Assembly: GCA_965208575.1 (NCBI GenBank)
Contig: CBDBOV010000006.1
Coordinates: 192,001-256,000, forward strand
DNA length: 64,000 nucleotides
DNA from: Spirochaetia bacterium
GTDB lineage: Bacteria; Spirochaetota; Spirochaetia; SZUA-6; Bin103
Direction of reading: 5' to 3'
The first letter of the stretch is position 1. Every line of letters begins with the position of its first letter. Shown piece by piece: positions 19,336 through 28,968 of this stretch. The notes under the pieces are model-generated. The model ran no database searches. It was not told the DNA's origin and was given only the letters and a program-made list of their open reading frames with translations. Both the position numbers and the translations under genes were made by a program.

Positions 19336-19599
19336 ATGAAGAACATTACCGTATCGGTCGACGAGGAGACCTATCGCCGCTCCCGCATCAAGGCGGCAGA
19401 GATCGGTACGTCGGTTTCGGCCCTGGTCCGTGCCTACCTGACGGATCTGGTCGAACATGGGGCTCCCGAGAGCAGATTCGACCGGTTGCGCCGTCTTCAG
19501 GACGAGACCCTGGAGGCTATCCGATCCCGCGGCGGCGGACTGCGCGCCGCCGACAACCTGCCGCGCGATGCGCTGCACCAGCGCGATGCGCTTCGTTGA
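19336..19599 (+). CDS. RHH-type antitoxin
   Basis: MKNITVSVDEETYRRSRIKAAEIGTSVSALVRAYL...RDALHQR. Confidence 0.85.
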   Translation: MKNITVSVDEETYRRSRIKAAEIGTSVSALVRAYLTDLVEHGAPESRFDRLRRLQDETLEAIRSRGGGLRAADNLPRDALHQRDALR

Positions 19600-20005
19600 C
19601 ACCAACGTCCTGATCTACGCGGTCAGCACCGCGGACGAGGAGGCAGCGAAGCGGGGCCAGGCCCTGAACGTGTTGTCCGCGCGCGACCTCGCTTTGTCCG
19701 TGCAAGTGCTGCAGGAATTCTACGTACAGTCGACCCGCGAGTCGCGGCCCGGTGCGCTGTCACACCAGGAAGCGATCAGCTTCGTCGAGTCCCTGCAGCG
19801 CTTTCGCGTGCAGGCAGTCTCCATGCGGGTGCTGCGTTCGGCATTCGCCATCCGCGAGCGGTTCCGGCTCTCCTATTGGGACAGCGCCATTCTCGCGGCC
19901 GCGCGCACCTGCGGCTGCGACGCGATCTATTCCGAAGACCTCAACCCCGACCAGGACTACGACGGCGTGCGGGTAATCAACCCCTTCGCCGCGACCAGTG
20001 ACTGA
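19586..20005 (+). CDS. PIN-domain (VapC-like) toxin
   Basis: MRFVDTNVLIYA, QVLQEF, SYWDSAI, YSEDL, INPF. Confidence 0.92.
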   Translation: MRFVDTNVLIYAVSTADEEAAKRGQALNVLSARDLALSVQVLQEFYVQSTRESRPGALSHQEAISFVESLQRFRVQAVSMRVLRSAFAIRERFRLSYWDSAILAAARTCGCDAIYSEDLNPDQDYDGVRVINPFAATSD

Positions 20006-20082
20006 CGAACACCTCGGCGATCGAGACAGGATGCCATTTCATTCGACGGCGGTTGCCGCCGGACCTTCCTGAGTAACCGAGC

Positions 20083-21828
20083 ATGGCACCAAAGTCCGGC
20101 ACCGGCTTGGCCCGTTACGCAACCCTCCTCCGCATCCACACGCGGGGGCGGCGGGGGATGTTTGCCGTGGTGGTTGCCGCGCTGGTGGCCGGGGCGGGGA
20201 TGCAGGTGGCAAGTCCGCTGGTGGTGCGGGCGTTCCTGGACCTGGCGCGCACCGGTGCCGCGGTCGAGCAACTGGTGGGGGTGGCGGCGCTGTTCGTCGC
20301 GGTGGCCGTGGCCGGCTCGGCGCTGGAGGTCGTGCGCTCCCACGCCGGCGCGGCGCTGGCCTGGCACGCGATGAACGCCCTGCGGCATCGCCTGTTCCGC
20401 CACGTCATCGATCTCGGCCATTCGTTCTTTGCGCGTACGGCTCCCGGCACCTTGCTGGAACGCGTCGACGGCGACGTCGCGAAGCTCGGCCGCCTGCTGT
20501 CGGATCTGCTGCCGGAGCTGGCCGCCAACCTGCTGATGACCGCCGGCATCGTGGTCGTCCTGCTGTTCGAGGACTGGCGCGTCGGCGCCGCGGTAGCGGC
20601 GTTCGCGGTGGTGGGCCTGGTGGTCGTGGACCGCGTCCGCGCTCTCGGCGTGCCGCGCTTCGTGCGCAGCCGGGCGGCGTCCGCCGCGTTCTTCGGACGC
20701 CTGAGCGAGTGGCTCGCCGCCGCGGAGGAGCTGCGGCCGCTCGGCGGGCAGCGCTACCTCCGGGCCAGCTTCGAGCGCGTGCTCGCGCACTGGCTGCCGC
20801 GCGAAGTGGCCGCCGAGATCGCCGGCCACGCGCTGTCCCTGGCCAACACGCTGGTGTTCATCGGCGGCATGGCGGTGGGGCTGAGCGTGTCGGCAGGTCT
20901 CTACCGGGCCGGGTTGCTGACCCTCGGCACGGTGTGGCTGGTGTACCGCTACAGCGAGCTGATCCGCGGGCCGCTTACCGCGTTGCGGGCCGAGATGCAG
21001 CAGCTTCAACAGGCGCAGGCGGCCCTGATCCGCATCGACGATCTGCTGGCGGAGACGGGCGCGGCGCACGCCGGCACGGCCCGCCTGCCCGCCGGAGCCT
21101 GCTCGCTGGCGTTCGACCGCGTCCGCTTCCGCTACGTCGACGGCGCCCCGGTGCTCCGCGACGCCAGCTTCGCCGTGTCCGAGGGAACCGTGCTCGGGCT
21201 GATCGGCAGCACCGGCAGCGGCAAGTCGACCATCACCCGGCTCCTGTCGCGGATGATCGAATTGCAGGAGGGAGACATTCGCCTCGGCGGGGTCTCGGTG
21301 CGCGACCTGGCCGCCGGGCACCTTCGCCACCGGGTCGCCGTGCTGCCGCAGGAGGCCGAGATCATACCGGGCAGCGTGCGCGACAACGCCACCCTGTTCG
21401 ACGACTCCGTGCCCGCGGAGGCGGTGGCGGACGCCTTCCGGCGTCTCGGCGCCGGCGCCTGGTTGCAGCAGCTCGCGGGCGGAGTGGAGACGGCGGTCGG
21501 CCCCGGCTACCGGGAGCTGTCCTCCGGCGAACGGCAACTCGTCGCGATCTCCCGCATCCTCCTGCGCGAGCCGAGCGTCGTGATCCTGGACGAGCCGGCG
21601 GCGCGCATCGACCCTGCCACGGAGGCGCTGGTCCGCGGCGCCCTGGCGCAGCTCCTGCGCGGGCGCACCGGGCTGGTCATCGCCCACCGCCGCACCACGC
21701 TCGACCTGGTGGATGAAATTGCGCTGCTGGAACGCGGCGCCATCGCGGAGCGCATCCCGCGAGCCGACCTTGAGGCCGGCGTGCCGAGCCGCATCCGGAC
21801 GTTCCTGGCGCAAGGGGAAACGGCGTGA
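20083..21828 (+). CDS. ABC exporter, fused TMD-NBD (heterodimer subunit 1)
   Basis: GSTGSGKST, LSSGERQ, ILDEP, IAHR. Confidence 0.9.
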   Translation: MAPKSGTGLARYATLLRIHTRGRRGMFAVVVAALVAGAGMQVASPLVVRAFLDLARTGAAVEQLVGVAALFVAVAVAGSALEVVRSHAGAALAWHAMNALRHRLFRHVIDLGHSFFARTAPGTLLERVDGDVAKLGRLLSDLLPELAANLLMTAGIVVVLLFEDWRVGAAVAAFAVVGLVVVDRVRALGVPRFVRSRAASAAFFGRLSEWLAAAEELRPLGGQRYLRASFERVLAHWLPREVAAEIAGHALSLANTLVFIGGMAVGLSVSAGLYRAGLLTLGTVWLVYRYSELIRGPLTALRAEMQQLQQAQAALIRIDDLLAETGAAHAGTARLPAGACSLAFDRVRFRYVDGAPVLRDASFAVSEGTVLGLIGSTGSGKSTITRLLSRMIELQEGDIRLGGVSVRDLAAGHLRHRVAVLPQEAEIIPGSVRDNATLFDDSVPAEAVADAFRRLGAGAWLQQLAGGVETAVGPGYRELSSGERQLVAISRILLREPSVVILDEPAARIDPATEALVRGALAQLLRGRTGLVIAHRRTTLDLVDEIALLERGAIAERIPRADLEAGVPSRIRTFLAQGETA

Positions 21829-23684
21829 ACGTCCTCGGCTACCTGCAGACCTTCGTCCGCGCCCGTCCCGGCGTCGTGGTGCTGAGCCTGGCGCTGTGGC
21901 TGGCGCAATCCCTGGCCGAGCTTGCTCCCGGACTGATCGTCAGGCGTTTCTTCGATGCCCTGCAGGAGCAGGCGTTCGACACCGCGACGCAATCGGTGCT
22001 GCTGCTCCTGGTGTTCGCCGCCGGGTTCGCCGGCATCGTGATGGCGACGGCGGTGGCGAGCGCGCGCCTCCGATTCCACGTCGGCAGTGCGCTGAGGCGC
22101 GGAATCCTGGCGGCGCTGCTGACCCGGCGGCCGGGCGCGGCACAGCCGTCGGTCGGCGCCGCGCTCGCTACCGCGCGCGACGACCCGCCCGCGCTGGCGG
22201 CGGTCGTGGCCACCGCGGTGGACCAGCTCAGCATCGTGATCTTCACCGTCGTCGCGCTGGCGGTGATGGCGCGGATTGATCTCCTGGTCACGGCGGTCGC
22301 CGTCGCTCCGGTCGCGGTCGTGCTGGTGGTGAGCCAGCTCACCCGCCGCCGCGTGCACCTGATGCGTACCAGGGCCCGTGAAGCAGCCGCCGACGCCACG
22401 GGATTCATGGTCGACGCATTGACCGCATGGCAGACGATTCAACTCGGCGGCGCAGCGGACGCCGCTGCCGGGAGGCTGGCCCGGCTCGACGCGGAGCGCG
22501 GCAGTAGGGCGGTACGGGACCAACTGCTCGACCGTTCGATCCGGGCCGCGTTCGCCGCTACCTCGACCATCGGCAGCGGGCTGGTGCTCGCCGTCGCCGG
22601 CGGCGCCATGCGCACTGGCGACTTCTCGGTCGGCGACTTCGCGCTGTTCGCCTACTACCTCACCTTCCTGGGGGAGTTCTCGGCCGAGTTCGGCGGCCTG
22701 CTGCTGCAGTACCGCCAGGCACGAGTCTCGTGGCGCCGGATCGGCACGCTCAGCGGCGTGACGGGACGCGGGCACTGGCGACAGACCGCACGTCCCTCAC
22801 GCGCCGACGAGCCGGCCCCGGTGAGTGTGAGCGGCGAAGGCAGTCCAACCGACGGCACCCGCAGCCGCGGGTCGGCGACGACCTCGGAACACGGCGGCCC
22901 GGTAGCCGGCCTGGAACCGCTACGAGTGCTGCAGCTCACGGACCTGCGCGTGCGGGACAGAGCAGCCGGCGCCGCGACCGCTCGGCACACACCCGCCCCG
23001 CCGGCCGGGAACGCCATCAACCTGGCCCTGCGCGCCGGCGAGATGGTAGCGGTGACCGGACGCGTGGGCTCCGGCAAGACGACGCTGCTCAAGGCCCTCG
23101 TGGGACTGACGCCGCCGGACGGCGGTGCGATCCTGTGGAACGGCGCAGCGGTGCGCGACCCCGCCACCTGGTTCCGGCACCCGGTCTGCACCTACGTCCC
23201 GCAGGAGCCGCACCTGTTCAGTGTCTCCATCCACGAGAACGTCGCGCTGGAAGCCGGCCTCGACACTGACGAGAGAGCGGAAGCGGTCGATGCCGCGTTA
23301 CGGGCCGCCGCCATGGCGCACGACGTGGCGAACCTGCAGCACGGCCTCGCCACGGTGGTCGGCACCGCGGGATCGAAGCTGTCCGGCGGCCAGCGCCAGC
23401 GGCTGGCCTCGGCGCGTGCGATCTTTCGCAGTGCCCCGCTGATCGTGCTGGACGACCCGTGCAGTGCCCTCGACCCCGCCACCGAGCAGGAATACCTCCG
23501 TCACGTCCGCCACCTGGCCCGCGCAGGCGCTCTGTGCGTGGTCAGCGGCACCGGCAAGGCCGTGCTCCAGGCCGCCGACCGCATCGTGGTGCTGCGCGAC
23601 GGCAGGCTAGCCGCAACCGGCACACTCCCGGAGTTGCTCGCCGACGACAGCGAGTTCCCCCTGCTGTGGGATGCGTTGAAATGA
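21825..23684 (+). CDS. ABC exporter, fused TMD-NBD (heterodimer subunit 2, degenerate site)
   Basis: GRVGSGKTT, LSGGQRQ, LDDP (E to D), no H-switch; GTGA overlap. Confidence 0.88.
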   Translation: MNVLGYLQTFVRARPGVVVLSLALWLAQSLAELAPGLIVRRFFDALQEQAFDTATQSVLLLLVFAAGFAGIVMATAVASARLRFHVGSALRRGILAALLTRRPGAAQPSVGAALATARDDPPALAAVVATAVDQLSIVIFTVVALAVMARIDLLVTAVAVAPVAVVLVVSQLTRRRVHLMRTRAREAAADATGFMVDALTAWQTIQLGGAADAAAGRLARLDAERGSRAVRDQLLDRSIRAAFAATSTIGSGLVLAVAGGAMRTGDFSVGDFALFAYYLTFLGEFSAEFGGLLLQYRQARVSWRRIGTLSGVTGRGHWRQTARPSRADEPAPVSVSGEGSPTDGTRSRGSATTSEHGGPVAGLEPLRVLQLTDLRVRDRAAGAATARHTPAPPAGNAINLALRAGEMVAVTGRVGSGKTTLLKALVGLTPPDGGAILWNGAAVRDPATWFRHPVCTYVPQEPHLFSVSIHENVALEAGLDTDERAEAVDAALRAAAMAHDVANLQHGLATVVGTAGSKLSGGQRQRLASARAIFRSAPLIVLDDPCSALDPATEQEYLRHVRHLARAGALCVVSGTGKAVLQAADRIVVLRDGRLAATGTLPELLADDSEFPLLWDALK

Positions 23685-23744
23685 CACGGCGGCGCGAGAC
23701 GCTCACCACTGTCGGAGCACGATGTAAGACGGTATCGTACCGGC

Positions 23745-23990
23745 ATGACAACGACCGTGTCTTCGAAGGGTCGGATCGTGTTGCCGGCCGATCTCCGCCG
23801 TCTGGATGGCATCGAGCCGGGCCACGAGTTCGAAGTCGAACGCCACGGTGCCGGCGTCTACCGCCTGACCCTGCGCAAACCGCCGAAGAACGACGGACTG
23901 GTAGACCTGCTGCTTTCCTGTCCCGTGAAAAGTTGGTACGTCAGGGTACCCTCGGAGTCCAGCGACCGCATCAACCCGCCCGAATGGTAG
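23745..23990 (+). CDS. AbrB/MazE/SpoVT-family antitoxin
   Basis: MTTTVSSKGRIVLPADLRRLDGIEPG. Confidence 0.85.
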   Translation: MTTTVSSKGRIVLPADLRRLDGIEPGHEFEVERHGAGVYRLTLRKPPKNDGLVDLLLSCPVKSWYVRVPSESSDRINPPEW

Positions 23991-24020
23991 CGAGGATGGA
24001 GCGAATCCTGGTGGACGCCT
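23984..24020 (+). pseudogene. Possible 5' stub of a PIN toxin
   Basis: MVARMERILVDA overlapping antitoxin end, then low-complexity sequence. Confidence 0.35.
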
Positions 24021-24039
24021 GGCCAGTCCCGCTCCCGCC

Positions 24040-24513
24040 CTATTCCGGCGGGTCGGAAGACGGCGAGGCAGCGGCGCCGTCGGCGGCGGCAGCCGGGGGT
24101 CGAGGTTCGTCCGCCGGCTCGCTCGCCGCGGCCTGAATGTCGGTCTGCGAGAAGTCGCCGCCCTTGAACAGGAGTGGCGCCCCCAAGTGCTTGGCGAGGG
24201 CGTAGGCAAAGCAGTCGCCGTAGTTCAGCGCCGCGCCGTGACCCGTTCCCTTGCCGTACCTGCGGTATGCGTCGAAGGCGATGTCGGCGATTCGCGGCGT
24301 TACTTCCGTGACGATCATTCCGCTCTTCAGGAGAAAGGCATCGAGCGCCAGGACGGCGCTGTCACCGGATCGCGCGAACAGCACGATGCGGGTCTCCAGC
24401 AGACTCGCGGCGCTTACATACGCGGCGGCCGCCGCCTCGATCATTCGGTTGAACCGGTGCCGTTCAGGTTCATTGCCCATGATCGCTACGAGCGCCGAAG
24501 TGTCGACCACCAT
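24040..24513 (-). CDS. vapC: VapC toxin
   Basis: MVVDTSALVAI, RYGKGTGHGAALNYGDCFAYALA..LLFKGGDF. Confidence 0.93.
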   Translation of the reverse strand: MVVDTSALVAIMGNEPERHRFNRMIEAAAAAYVSAASLLETRIVLFARSGDSAVLALDAFLLKSGMIVTEVTPRIADIAFDAYRRYGKGTGHGAALNYGDCFAYALAKHLGAPLLFKGGDFSQTDIQAAASEPADEPRPPAAAADGAAASPSSDPPE

Positions 24514-24767
24514 CAGGACGGGAGACCGTCCTCATCGTAACCGATGATCTGTTCGGCGCTCCGCCGGTCGCGGCGCGGAAGGCTGGCACAATGCAGGGCG
24601 ATGTGGTCCAGTTCGTCGGCGACACGGCTCCCGGCTCGGCTTCTTTCTACCTGCTCCAGCCGTTCCTGGATGGCCCGCTTGACCGCCTTGGTGAGAGACT
24701 CGCCGGTCAGGCGGGCGAGCCGTTTGGCCAGTGCGTGGGTGTCGTCGTCCTTGATGTTCAACGGCAT
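24513..24767 (-). CDS. vapB: VapB antitoxin (Rv0623-like)
   Basis: MPLNIKDDDTHALAKRLARLTGESLT...GYDEDGLP. Confidence 0.92.
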   Translation of the reverse strand: MPLNIKDDDTHALAKRLARLTGESLTKAVKRAIQERLEQVERSRAGSRVADELDHIALHCASLPRRDRRSAEQIIGYDEDGLPS

Positions 24768-24886
24768 GGGCGGGTTCCTCCATGCATTAATCTATGGAGG
24801 AATGCAGGACACGATCAACCGTTGATCGGAACCGGATCGGTCCTGTCGTCCCGGTCGCGCGCGGCCGGTAAGATCGGCACTCTACG

Positions 24887-25546
24887 ATGGCTACGATGGC
24901 TCTGCGTGCACTGATATTCGACTTCGACGGGCTGATCGTCGATACCGAGACGCCCTGGCTCGAACTGGTGCGCGATGCGTACCGGTGCCACGGCCGAGAG
25001 CTTCCCGCCGAGGTGTGGCGGCAGTTCGTCGGTACTCACCGCCACCCGCTCGAGCACCTGCAGCAGGTCGTCGGTCCCGCGTTCGACATGGCCGCCGAGC
25101 GCGCGGCGCTGGTCGCCGGGGACACCCGCGACACGCTTCCCCCATGCGCCGGCGTGGGGGAACTCGTCGCGGCTGCGCGTGAGGCAGGACTGAGGCTGGG
25201 CGTGGCGTCGTCCTCGTCCCTCGACCGGGTAGATTCGGAGCTGCGGCGCCTGGAACTGCGGGACGCGTTCGACGCCGTGCGGTGCCGCGGAGAGAACTTG
25301 CGCAGCAAGCCGGCGCCGGACCTCTACCTGGCCGTGTTGAAGGATCTCGGCGTGTCCGCGTCGGAGGCCGTCGTGTTCGAGGACTCGCCCAACGGTACCC
25401 AGGCGGCCAGGGCTGCCGGGATCTACACCGTGGCGGTGCCGAACGACGTCACCCGCGGCTGGCCGTTCGATCACGCCGACCGCGTCATCGACTCGCTCGC
25501 CGGCGTGACCGTCCCGCGGGTGCGCCGCTGGCTGCTCGGCCCGTAG
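24887..25546 (+). CDS. HAD-family phosphatase
   Basis: IFDFDGLIVDTE, ASSS, KPAPD, FEDSPNG. Confidence 0.92.
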   Translation: MATMALRALIFDFDGLIVDTETPWLELVRDAYRCHGRELPAEVWRQFVGTHRHPLEHLQQVVGPAFDMAAERAALVAGDTRDTLPPCAGVGELVAAAREAGLRLGVASSSSLDRVDSELRRLELRDAFDAVRCRGENLRSKPAPDLYLAVLKDLGVSASEAVVFEDSPNGTQAARAAGIYTVAVPNDVTRGWPFDHADRVIDSLAGVTVPRVRRWLLGP

Positions 25547-25809
25547 CAGCCCGTGCCGGAACCCGGCGCCGCACCGGGAGCGGCAAGGCACCCGGCCGGC
25601 AAGGCGACCGAGCACACCGGCCACGTGTGATCGGGAGCCACGCAGCCTGCCGGGCCGCACCGCATGCCATGCAGCCGGTTGTTCGCCACCGGCTGCGAGA
25701 GTCGACCACGCTGCCGCACCGGGCACCCTCGGGCGCCCATCCCGGCGTTGCTTCGCCGCGGCCGGAGTGGTAGGATCGGCTCGTTCAATCCCAACAGGAG
25801 GAATCGATT

Positions 25810-27873
25810 GTGAAGAGATACTCTGTTCTTGTGGTCGCCGCGCTGGCCGCGGCCCTTGCTGCGGCACCGCTGTTCGCCTCCGGCGAAGGCGAGGCGGCCG
25901 GCGACGGCTCCGGGGGCGCCATGATGGCGCTGGAAGCGGCCGGCGGCACGCCCTACGTGGACTACTACTGGCCCACGGCCAGTGCCTACATGGCCGAAAC
26001 CGGCAATGAAATCACCGCCCTCGGCGAGTCGCCCGTGCTGGCGGCGCGCGTGGCGGCCGGCGAGTTGCCCGCGGTGGTCGACCGCCTGCCCGCCGACCCG
26101 GCGGTAATCCGCCCGCCGAACGAAATCGGCCAGTACGGCGGACGCTTCCGCTGGCACGGCGTCGCGGTGCAGAACGAGCCGGGCATGATGATCGAGGGCG
26201 CCTCCCAGCCGCTCGGCAAGCTCACCCCGGACGGCACCAGGATCCACTCCAACGTGGTCGCCGACTACTCCGTGTCGGCCGACAAGCACACGCTCAACAT
26301 CGCATTGCGCCCCGGCCAGAAGTGGTCCGACGGCGAGGACTTCGACGCCGACGACTTCGTGTTCTGGCTGGACGCGGTGGGCAACGACGACCGCGTGTTC
26401 TCGCGCGCCCGCCCGCGCGTAACCTGGCAGGGCAAGCTGCCGCAGATCGAGGTGACCGGCCAGTACAACGTGGCCTTCACGTGGGAGGATCCGTTCCCGA
26501 TCGCCAAGCTGGTGCTGATGCGCGACCGGCCCTTCTACCCCGAGCATTACCTGGCGCAGTTCCACATCGACTACAACGACAAGGCCGACGAGCTGGCCAA
26601 GGAAGCCGGCTTCGAGAGCTGGACGCAGGCGTTCCGCGAGCGCTCCGCCGAGCGTGACGGCCCCGGCTCCCGCCCCACGGTGATGTCCGCCAACGACATC
26701 GGCATGCCCACCCTCGACCCGTGGATCATCGCCGAGGACGGGCTCGACTCCGAGTTGTGGGCGCGCAACCCGTTCTACTGGCGCATCGACACCGCCGGCA
26801 ATCAGCTTCCCTATCTCGACGAGATCCTGGTCACCTTCCTGTCCAACGCCGCCGAGCAACTGCCGGTCAAGGTGATGGCGGGCGAGCTGGACCTGGCCAC
26901 CGGCCTGTCGCTGGCCGACGCCCCGGTGCTGAAGCGCAACGAGGACGATGGCAATTACGAACTGACCCAGTACCAGAACATGACCACCGCCACCGCGGCC
27001 GGCTGGGTGTTCAACTACACCCACACCGACCCCGGGCTGAACGCCATCTTCAACGACGTGCGCTTCCGGCAGGCGCTGTCGGTTGCGGTCGACCGCCAGG
27101 ACATCAGCGACACCCTGTTCTTCGGCCAGGCCAAGCCGGTGCTGATTCCCGCGCCCGAGGCGTGGACCGGGTTCGAGACCTGGATGAAGGAAGACTTCGC
27201 CCAGTACGACCCGGACCTGGCCAACCAGCTCCTGGACGAAATGGGACTGGCGTGGGACAGCGACAAGACGTGGCGGGTGCGTCCCGACAACGGCGAGCCG
27301 GTGGCGTTCGAGGGCTCCTGGCCCGCCGAGTGGAGCGCCTACTTCGAGAACATGATGGACCTGATCAGCGGCTACTGGGAGGCGGTAGGCATCAAGATGA
27401 CGCCCAAGTTCGTGCCCGAGGAGCTGGGCTTCGAGCGCGCCATGGCCAATGACATCGACTCGTCGTTCTGGCCCGGCGGCGGCGCCAGCGAGCTGATCGC
27501 GCGCCAGCGCTACCCGATGAAGCTGCTGCCGCCGTGGCACTGGATCCACTGCTGCACCGCGACCACGGCGCCGTGGGGCATCTGGTATCACTCCCAGGGA
27601 GCCGAAGGCGAGAAGCCTGATGACCCCGATATCCTGCGCCTGTTCGAACTCGCCGACGCCATGAAGCTGACGGAGGCCGGCACGCCCGAGTACGAGGCGA
27701 TTACCAACGAGTTGTTGGCCCTGAACGCGCGCAACCTGTGGCACACGGCCACGGTGACGCCGGAGCCGCTGATGCTGGCGGTGGGCAACAACCTCGGCAA
27801 CTTCGTGCGCGACGGTATACTGGTGCTGGCGTGGACCTACGATAACGAGGTGTATTACCTGAAGGATATGTAG
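25810..27873 (+). CDS. ABC substrate-binding protein, family 5
   Basis: Signal ...AAPLFASGEGE, ESPVLA..V.AGELP.V.DRLP..P, KWSDG..F.ADD, RNPFYWRID..GNQLPYLD. Confidence 0.93.
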   Translation: MKRYSVLVVAALAAALAAAPLFASGEGEAAGDGSGGAMMALEAAGGTPYVDYYWPTASAYMAETGNEITALGESPVLAARVAAGELPAVVDRLPADPAVIRPPNEIGQYGGRFRWHGVAVQNEPGMMIEGASQPLGKLTPDGTRIHSNVVADYSVSADKHTLNIALRPGQKWSDGEDFDADDFVFWLDAVGNDDRVFSRARPRVTWQGKLPQIEVTGQYNVAFTWEDPFPIAKLVLMRDRPFYPEHYLAQFHIDYNDKADELAKEAGFESWTQAFRERSAERDGPGSRPTVMSANDIGMPTLDPWIIAEDGLDSELWARNPFYWRIDTAGNQLPYLDEILVTFLSNAAEQLPVKVMAGELDLATGLSLADAPVLKRNEDDGNYELTQYQNMTTATAAGWVFNYTHTDPGLNAIFNDVRFRQALSVAVDRQDISDTLFFGQAKPVLIPAPEAWTGFETWMKEDFAQYDPDLANQLLDEMGLAWDSDKTWRVRPDNGEPVAFEGSWPAEWSAYFENMMDLISGYWEAVGIKMTPKFVPEELGFERAMANDIDSSFWPGGGASELIARQRYPMKLLPPWHWIHCCTATTAPWGIWYHSQGAEGEKPDDPDILRLFELADAMKLTEAGTPEYEAITNELLALNARNLWHTATVTPEPLMLAVGNNLGNFVRDGILVLAWTYDNEVYYLKDM

Positions 27874-27905
27874 CGAACCGGTCGCGACCGGACACGCTGT
27901 CATGT

Positions 27906-27946
27906 CGGCGCCCGGCCAGGGGTTCAGAGCAACCTGCCGGGCGCCG
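27906..27946 (+). terminator. GC stem-loop between SBP and permease (attenuator or mRNA stabiliser)
   Basis: cggcgcccggccagg...cctgccgggcgccg followed by ttgttttcc. Confidence 0.55.
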
Positions 27947-27975
27947 TTGTTTTCCATACGCTCTCCCCTGACCTG

Positions 27976-28968
27976 ATGCCGCAATACCTCGTCAAACGCT
28001 TTCTGTACATGATCCTGCTGCTGTGGTTGCTGACCCTGGTGTCGTTCATCATCATCCAGTTGCCGCCGGGCGACATCGTGTCGTCGATCGCGCGCCGCAT
28101 GGCAGAGACCGGCGAGGCGGCCGACCAGGCGATGATGGATGCGATGCGCGAGCAGTGGGGGCTCGACAAGCCGATCCACGTGCAGTACTGGCGCTGGTTC
28201 CGCAACCTGCTGCGCGGCAACATGGGCTTCTCGTTCCTGCTCAACCGGGCGGTGGCGGAGGTGGTGGGCGAGCGCATCGCGCTCACCGCGCTGATCTCCG
28301 GCACCACCCTGATCTTTACCTTCGTGATGGCGATTCCGATCGGCATCTACTCCGCCACCCACCAGTACCAGGCCGGCGACTACGTGTTCTCGTTCATCGG
28401 CTTCATCGGCCTGGCCACGCCCAACTTCCTGCTGGCGCTGATCTTGATGATGGGGCTGCTGGCCGTGGGGATGAGTCCGGGCGGGCTGTTCTCGCCGGAG
28501 TACCTCAAGCAGCCGTGGAGCCTGGGCAAGGTGATCGACCTGCTCGCCCACCTGCCGCTGCCGATCGTGGTGGTGGGCACCGCGGGCACCGCCGGCGTGA
28601 TCCGCATCATGCGCGCCACGCTGCTCGACGAGCTGGAGAAGCAGTACGTGATCACCGCGCGTTCCAAGGGCGTGGCGGAGACGCGGCTCTTGTTCCGCTA
28701 CCCGGTGCGGGTGGCGCTCAACCCGATCATCAGCACGATCGGCTGGCTGCTGCCGGTGATCGTGTCGGGTGAGATCATCACCGCGCTGGTGATCGGCATT
28801 CCAACCGTGGGGCCGCTGCTGTTCCGGGCGCTGCAGTTCCAGGACATGTTCCTGGCTTCGTCGCTCTTGCTGATGATCAACATGCTCACCGTGGTCGGCA
28901 CCCTGCTGTCCGACCTGCTGCTGGTGGCAAGCGACCCGCGCATCCGCTTCGAGGCGCGCGCCGGCTGA
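27976..28968 (+). CDS. ABC permease (DppB/OppB-like)
   Basis: IQLPPGD, YVITARSKG EAA loop, DPRIR. Confidence 0.93.
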   Translation: MPQYLVKRFLYMILLLWLLTLVSFIIIQLPPGDIVSSIARRMAETGEAADQAMMDAMREQWGLDKPIHVQYWRWFRNLLRGNMGFSFLLNRAVAEVVGERIALTALISGTTLIFTFVMAIPIGIYSATHQYQAGDYVFSFIGFIGLATPNFLLALILMMGLLAVGMSPGGLFSPEYLKQPWSLGKVIDLLAHLPLPIVVVGTAGTAGVIRIMRATLLDELEKQYVITARSKGVAETRLLFRYPVRVALNPIISTIGWLLPVIVSGEIITALVIGIPTVGPLLFRALQFQDMFLASSLLLMINMLTVVGTLLSDLLLVASDPRIRFEARAG

